Source: Pseudomonadota bacterium (lineage in GTDB: Bacteria; Pseudomonadota; Gammaproteobacteria; Enterobacterales; JBCCZV01). From it: a stretch of DNA of 62,279 bases. Position numbers and translations under genes: made by a program. Numbering within the stretch: position 1 is the first letter of the stretch; every line of letters begins with the position of its first letter. The notes beneath the pieces were generated by a model, which worked only from the letters and a program-made list of their open reading frames with translations, was not told where the DNA came from and did no database searches. This document shows, piece by piece, positions 57,873-62,279 of this stretch. The DNA lies in assembly GCA_039187085.1 (NCBI GenBank), contig JBCCZV010000005.1, forward strand, positions 1 to 62,279. Reading direction: 5' to 3'.

Positions 57873-60294
57873 TCTCCTCACGCAATTGTAAATATAGATT
57901 GGTGTAGTCTTTTACCGAACCTGCACCAAATATTGTACGAATGCTATATCTTAATTTGGTTTCATCAATACCTATCTCTTTAGCTATTTCTTTGCCAGGG
58001 AGATACTTCTGTTTTTGATTGAGTAATTCGTTCAAGCAAGCCAGTCGGTATTCATGCGTATTTTTATTTTCCGTTCGATTAAGCTTAGTCGCCACCTGAT
58101 TGATCATGGCTTTGGTCAAAGTGCATTGCGTTACCTCATTCAGCGGTTGGGGTAGCGGATCAACTTCAATCATAGCTTTATTCAATCGTTTGGTGGTTAT
58201 TGAGTCATTAAACTTAATGGACTTGCGGTAATTAAACAGTAAAAGGCTCAGCAATAAAAGGCTCACAACACAAATAATTGTAAGCCACAGATAATTATTG
58301 TTTGATTTTGACGGTAAGGACAGTGTTTTTACAGGGCTACGATTTCCTTTTTTATCACTCATGTAAAAGTACAAATTTGCAGGGGGGTGTTCAGGGAAAA
58401 CAAAGATATCGGTCATTTGAGTGATGTGATAAAAATGCTCATTATTTTCTGACATAAAAAAGTCGTAATCTCGTACAGCCATCAAATTGTCAGAGCGTAC
58501 TTTAAGAATTTGAGCCCCTTTATCTCCTTTATCCGTTATTGATAATGCCAAAGCTGGGATATTCTGGCTTTGGTTTTTTGCTTTCATTAAATCAATAATA
58601 TATAAACCTTTTTCACTACCTACCATTAAATGATTTTTATAGCGTGCAATCACGTTTAGAAAGTATTCATGATCTAAATCTACTAACCTATCAATGTCAG
58701 CAAAGTAAATACCTTGCTCATTAATAGTCAAATATGAATTGTCATAGTTAAGAATGCTGTAGATAGCGCTGTCTTTCTTATACTGTTCAATAAGACCTAA
58801 ATCTTTTCCTAAGGTTTTAATTTCGCCCAGTAAAGATCCCGCAACGATAGAATCTTTCCAACAGTCAAAAGTATGTAGATTAGTTTTAGAAGAATAGTTT
58901 TCGATAACAGCTTCGCTATTAATGCGTATTAACCCATCGCGAGAAGTGCCAACATATAAATTATTAAAGCAGGCTTGAATTTTTTCTATATTTTTAAAAT
59001 GTACTTGTTTACGGCTTAAAAGAAGTTCACCCGCTTTAGAATATTTAAACAACCCTATGTCTTTAACACCGAAAAATACGGCATCTTCATATTCCATAAT
59101 TGAAAGAATGTGTCCTTGCGGAATATCTATATATTTTTGGATATCGAATGAATCTAGATCCATTCGATATACACCTTGATTGGTTACACCTATCCATAAA
59201 TGATTATCAATTATCTTTAAGCTATGGATACGAAACCCTCTAGTATCATCAATTGTGGATATTTTTTGGGTTTGTAAGTCTAAGCGATTTAAACCGTTGC
59301 TTGTGCCAATGAAGAGACTGTTACCATATAAAAGCTCAAGTGAAGTTACCCGATTACTGCTTAATCCATGCTCTTTAGTGAGTTGTTGGTGTATACGTGG
59401 GCTGGAAACAAAGAGCCCAGAGCTTGTGGATGCATAAATATTATTATATTCATCTTTTATCAGCGAGAATCCTGTGACATCAGAAAGTTGGCTATCGCTG
59501 AAGAGCTTATCGCAAGCTATTCTTTGCAATTTGATTGAGCAAATGCCTTTGCTACCGGCCACTAACAAGGTATCGTCATCCACTGGTAAGCTGCGAAAGA
59601 ATTCTCCTTCCCAAAGTAGCTCATGTGTACTTTTATCGTAAACGCCTTTACTGGTTAAATAATATTGTTCAGTAACTTCGTAAACTTTCGCTTTTTTAAA
59701 AACCAGCTGTTTTTCTTGCGTCAGTACGTTGAGTGTAAATAGACCGTTAAAATTCCCTAAAAGAATATGCCTATCATCGTAGGGGGCTACATAAGAGAAG
59801 CTTTCCGTTTCTGTGGTGTAAATTACTTTGGTGCCGGTATTTTCGGCTATATGAATACCGTAATTAGTCAGTAGGAAAAAAGCATGGTTATCTTTATGGT
59901 ACAACTGGGAAATTTTTTCGTTTTCTTTCAACTGAGGCTGTAACGAAGCATCAAAGAGTTCTATGTTACCATTGACTAAATGAAATAATTGTTTGCGAGT
60001 CGCCCCGACCACCTGTCCGCCAACTTTGAGTAGGCCGGCAAACTCTTTGCCACTGACCTCATTCATGTGAATGCCATCAAAGCAGTGCAAGCCTTGGTTT
60101 TTTGCAGACAGGCACAGATAATTTCGATCATCAAAAACGAAGCTGCCGAAACGACTGATTTTTTGCGTAGGAAGAAAGCTTTCTAATGGCTTAAAATGAT
60201 AGTCATACTCAATCGCTTCAGTACTCGGAGATTGGGTTAAAAGAAGCAAAAAAATAAGAAAAAAAGCAGCAGGCATCGTCAATTTCTCCGACAA
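57853..60294 (-). CDS. Single-pass membrane protein with a periplasmic beta-propeller (two-component-regulator 'Reg_prop'/Y_Y_Y-like), a TM helix and a short cytoplasmic AraC-like HTH
   Basis: Signal peptide. Repeated ...G(T/S)xxGL(x)3(D/N) units (FIGTSNGLNRLD, LWIGVTNQGVYRMD, FFGVKDIGLFKYS, LYVGTSRDGLIRIN, MVGSEKGLYIID). TM helix YLWLTIICVVSLLLLSLLLF. C-terminal LPGKEIAKEIGIDETKLRYSIRTIFGAGSVKDYTNLYLQLR resembles the second AraC HTH. I see no HisKA, HATPase or REC motifs. Confidence 0.7.
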   Translation of the reverse strand: MSEKLTMPAAFFLIFLLLLTQSPSTEAIEYDYHFKPLESFLPTQKISRFGSFVFDDRNYLCLSAKNQGLHCFDGIHMNEVSGKEFAGLLKVGGQVVGATRKQLFHLVNGNIELFDASLQPQLKENEKISQLYHKDNHAFFLLTNYGIHIAENTGTKVIYTTETESFSYVAPYDDRHILLGNFNGLFTLNVLTQEKQLVFKKAKVYEVTEQYYLTSKGVYDKSTHELLWEGEFFRSLPVDDDTLLVAGSKGICSIKLQRIACDKLFSDSQLSDVTGFSLIKDEYNNIYASTSSGLFVSSPRIHQQLTKEHGLSSNRVTSLELLYGNSLFIGTSNGLNRLDLQTQKISTIDDTRGFRIHSLKIIDNHLWIGVTNQGVYRMDLDSFDIQKYIDIPQGHILSIMEYEDAVFFGVKDIGLFKYSKAGELLLSRKQVHFKNIEKIQACFNNLYVGTSRDGLIRINSEAVIENYSSKTNLHTFDCWKDSIVAGSLLGEIKTLGKDLGLIEQYKKDSAIYSILNYDNSYLTINEQGIYFADIDRLVDLDHEYFLNVIARYKNHLMVGSEKGLYIIDLMKAKNQSQNIPALALSITDKGDKGAQILKVRSDNLMAVRDYDFFMSENNEHFYHITQMTDIFVFPEHPPANLYFYMSDKKGNRSPVKTLSLPSKSNNNYLWLTIICVVSLLLLSLLLFNYRKSIKFNDSITTKRLNKAMIEVDPLPQPLNEVTQCTLTKAMINQVATKLNRTENKNTHEYRLACLNELLNQKQKYLPGKEIAKEIGIDETKLRYSIRTIFGAGSVKDYTNLYLQLREENGCEFT

Positions 60295-60614
60295 TTTCTA
60301 TTTTTAGTATTTGTAATTTATTGGCGAGTCGCGAAAACCTCTCACCCTACTTGATCATGGAAGTTTTTTATATTAACCAAAAGTACTAGTTAATAAAAAT
60401 GAGACAAGGTTAGTTCATAAAACAACCCATTGTTCTCAGTCGATCGTTGAATAATTCACCTGAAATGATACAGTCAAGTAGGTAAGCCTTATCAAAATAC
60501 TATTTTTGGCTTATTGGATAGCCAAAGAATTTTTTAATCGGCAAGTCAGCGGCCTATTATAGGATATTGGCATCTCTAGGGGTAGATAGCAGAAAAGGTA
60601 TTAAAGTCTAGAGC

Positions 60615-60650
60615 TATCCTGGATTTGTCACCATGAACAAATCCAGGATA
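60615..60650. repeat. Perfect 14-bp inverted repeat (hairpin or protein-binding dyad)
   Basis: tatcctggatttgt-(8 nt)-acaaatccaggata lies 56 nt downstream of the stop of 60706..61779 and about 320 nt upstream of the 813-aa gene start. There is no U-tract on either strand. Confidence 0.5.
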
Positions 60651-60705
60651 AGAAGCCTTTATGCTTCAAAATGACTTGTATTTAATCGAAAGCCTTTTCC
60701 CATGA

Positions 60706-61779
60706 CTAGAAAGGAAAGTGTATAGGACCTTCGTTGGCAGAACGTATTTTCTGCGAATACATCGTGTTTAATGGCATTGAAGTGAATGTTTGTATCCATT
60801 CAAAACCATTATATTGAAAAGGTAGATCAAAGTGGTAGATATTGAAGCCATCAGTCACTTCAAAGAAAACAATAAGATCTGCTCCATAATTGCCTCCCGC
60901 TGGTATATATTCAAAATTAGCGACTCGTAACGTCCATTGGCTTTCAACCGTTTTTAAATATTGTGAGCCGGAACCCCAAACTTCCAGTAAATCATCTGAC
61001 AAATGCCAAAGTGTAATGACTTCGGTGCCTTGTTCGCCCGCCAATTCGATTTTTACTTCGCGTTGATTGTTTTTCACTAATAATTCAGCATCACCACGAA
61101 TGATCAAACCTTGGTCGATATCTTGATAATATTTAATATCGCTAAAGCTGGGTTCGTGAGCAGTATAACCTGCAAGGGTTTCTGTAGGGATATCGCGAGT
61201 GGTATTGACGAAATTCATTGAACCAAGGAAAAGCGCGGGAGCATCCCCAGCAGAGTTCTGAGTATTTAAGGCTAATGGAGCACTTCCGCTGTAGGCTTCA
61301 AAAGCGATGGTCATATCATTCAGTCTCTCAGACAGAGGTGTTTGAGAGGGCTCTTCGTCGGGTGCAGCAGGTGGATTGGGCTCTAAACGGAAATTGATTA
61401 AAGCGCGCAAATCGTTAAATATCCAACTCTCTTGTAAACGTAAAGTCGCTGTGTATCCACCTAAACCATCAGATTCAACTTTTTCAAATCCAGCAAAATT
61501 TAATGTTGAAAGGCAAGAAATTTTAAAATTAGCCCCTACTAAAAATAGCTCTGGCTCGGGTGCTGGAGCGTTGCTGGACGTATTTTCATCCAGTGTTAAA
61601 CGAAAGTTAACTTCTTCGTGACTGATGTTGCCGGCGGAACAGGTTGAATTGCCAATAATTTCGTTGGCTAATGGTGTGGCATTAAATTCTCCTTGTCCAA
61701 CGATGGTGGAGGTTTGTGCAGATACAGCCATGCAAAATGAAGAGAAAAATAATCCTGAAATCAATGTTTTTTTCATCAT
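60706..61779 (-). CDS. Secreted hypothetical protein (357 aa)
   Basis: Start at Met23 (ATG 61779, SD aagga). Signal peptide ...CMAVSA|QT. Two Pro/Ala-rich linkers (APAPEPE, PNPPAAPDEEP). No family recognised. Confidence 0.6.
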   Translation of the reverse strand: MMKKTLISGLFFSSFCMAVSAQTSTIVGQGEFNATPLANEIIGNSTCSAGNISHEEVNFRLTLDENTSSNAPAPEPELFLVGANFKISCLSTLNFAGFEKVESDGLGGYTATLRLQESWIFNDLRALINFRLEPNPPAAPDEEPSQTPLSERLNDMTIAFEAYSGSAPLALNTQNSAGDAPALFLGSMNFVNTTRDIPTETLAGYTAHEPSFSDIKYYQDIDQGLIIRGDAELLVKNNQREVKIELAGEQGTEVITLWHLSDDLLEVWGSGSQYLKTVESQWTLRVANFEYIPAGGNYGADLIVFFEVTDGFNIYHFDLPFQYNGFEWIQTFTSMPLNTMYSQKIRSANEGPIHFPF

Positions 61780-62279
61780 AATATTTTCCTTTAATGCGAG
61801 AACGATGACGTGTTCGATACTAATTGAAGGTGCAAGGAGAAGCAACGACCATAGATGACAAGTCAGTAAAAATGAATATTGATTATTTACATTTTATCAT
61901 TCATGTCATTTCCATGAGGTATTTATCTCAATAGGTTTTAAACCAAAGCTTAACATTTGTGAGCTATCAACGTGGTCCTCAGGATATGATCTTCAACATC
62001 TTTTTTTTGATGGTGAAGAAGCAGATTTTGGTTGGGCGTTACCTGCATCAGACATGTAAAAAACTTCTGTATGGATTTGATGAAGTTATTTGTTCGCCAT
62101 CACTAATCAATTGGCAAACAGCTTTATCGTTCGGACCTCAGGGTAAAACCGTCAATCTCCGAAAATTTAATCATGCTTCAAAGCAATATCAGAATAAAAA
62201 ATAGGAGGAGTTCTTATATTAAGAAATGATTAAAGAATGTAATCCTTCTTAAATTTTCTAGTCATAATTTCCTAAAAAT

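Noticed and set aside
61959-62204. 81-aa ORF at the right window edge
   Set aside because: GTG start without an RBS, AT-rich spacer composition and no recognisable features.
1-62279. CRISPR arrays, tRNA/rRNA genes, prophage or known defence-system genes (RM, Abi, CBASS, retron, TA other than the BrnT remnant)
   Set aside because: I saw no regularly spaced direct repeats, no cloverleaf-like or rRNA-like sequences in the spacers, and no proteins with hallmark motifs of these systems. A computational scan (tRNAscan, CRISPRCasFinder, DefenseFinder/PADLOC) would be needed to confirm.

Overview
This is a 62.3 kb chromosomal segment from a low-GC (about 40%) gammaproteobacterium. The order is inferred from synteny, not from a search.

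Housekeeping backbone:
- The block smpB-ratA-rnfH-fur-bamE-recN-(nadK-hrcA)-grpE-dnaK-dnaJ-dapB-carAB-greA-yhbY-rlmE-ftsH-folP-glmM follows the Pseudomonas/Oceanospirillales-type gene order.
- A bioBFHCD operon, comF, a MATE pump, rsmE, ahcY and metK are also present.

Accessory content lies in three stretches: 0-14.4 kb, 37.8-46.7 kb and 57.3-62.3 kb.

Most notable observations:
1. Two paralogous secreted proteins have a predicted mature N-terminus that is a histidine (histidine-brace/LPMO-like). They carry EF-hand loops, acidic linkers and C-terminal TM+basic tails, and they bracket a cytochrome b561-YceI pair (7.8-11.9 kb).
2. A roughly 370-nt GGA-rich CsrB/RsmB-like sRNA candidate fills the long dapB-carA spacer (about 26.4-26.8 kb).
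3. Four lipoprotein genes form a cluster: LPP20-like, TPR-like, LpoB-like, LPP20-like (3.1-6.7 kb).
4. Tandem receiver/CheX-like paralogs share a conserved SGELE[FL][FL] C-terminus and sit next to a CheY (0-1.6 kb).
5. A membrane-spanning beta-propeller protein ends directly in an AraC-like HTH with no phosphorelay domains. It is flanked by unknown secreted proteins (57.5-61.8 kb).
6. A trypsin-like lipoprotein protease gene is bracketed by inverted remnants of one IS630-family transposase gene, next to a truncated BrnT toxin.

I recognised no rRNA, tRNA, CRISPR array, prophage or known defence system. All calls come from reading the sequence and the ORF translations by eye. No database search was run.
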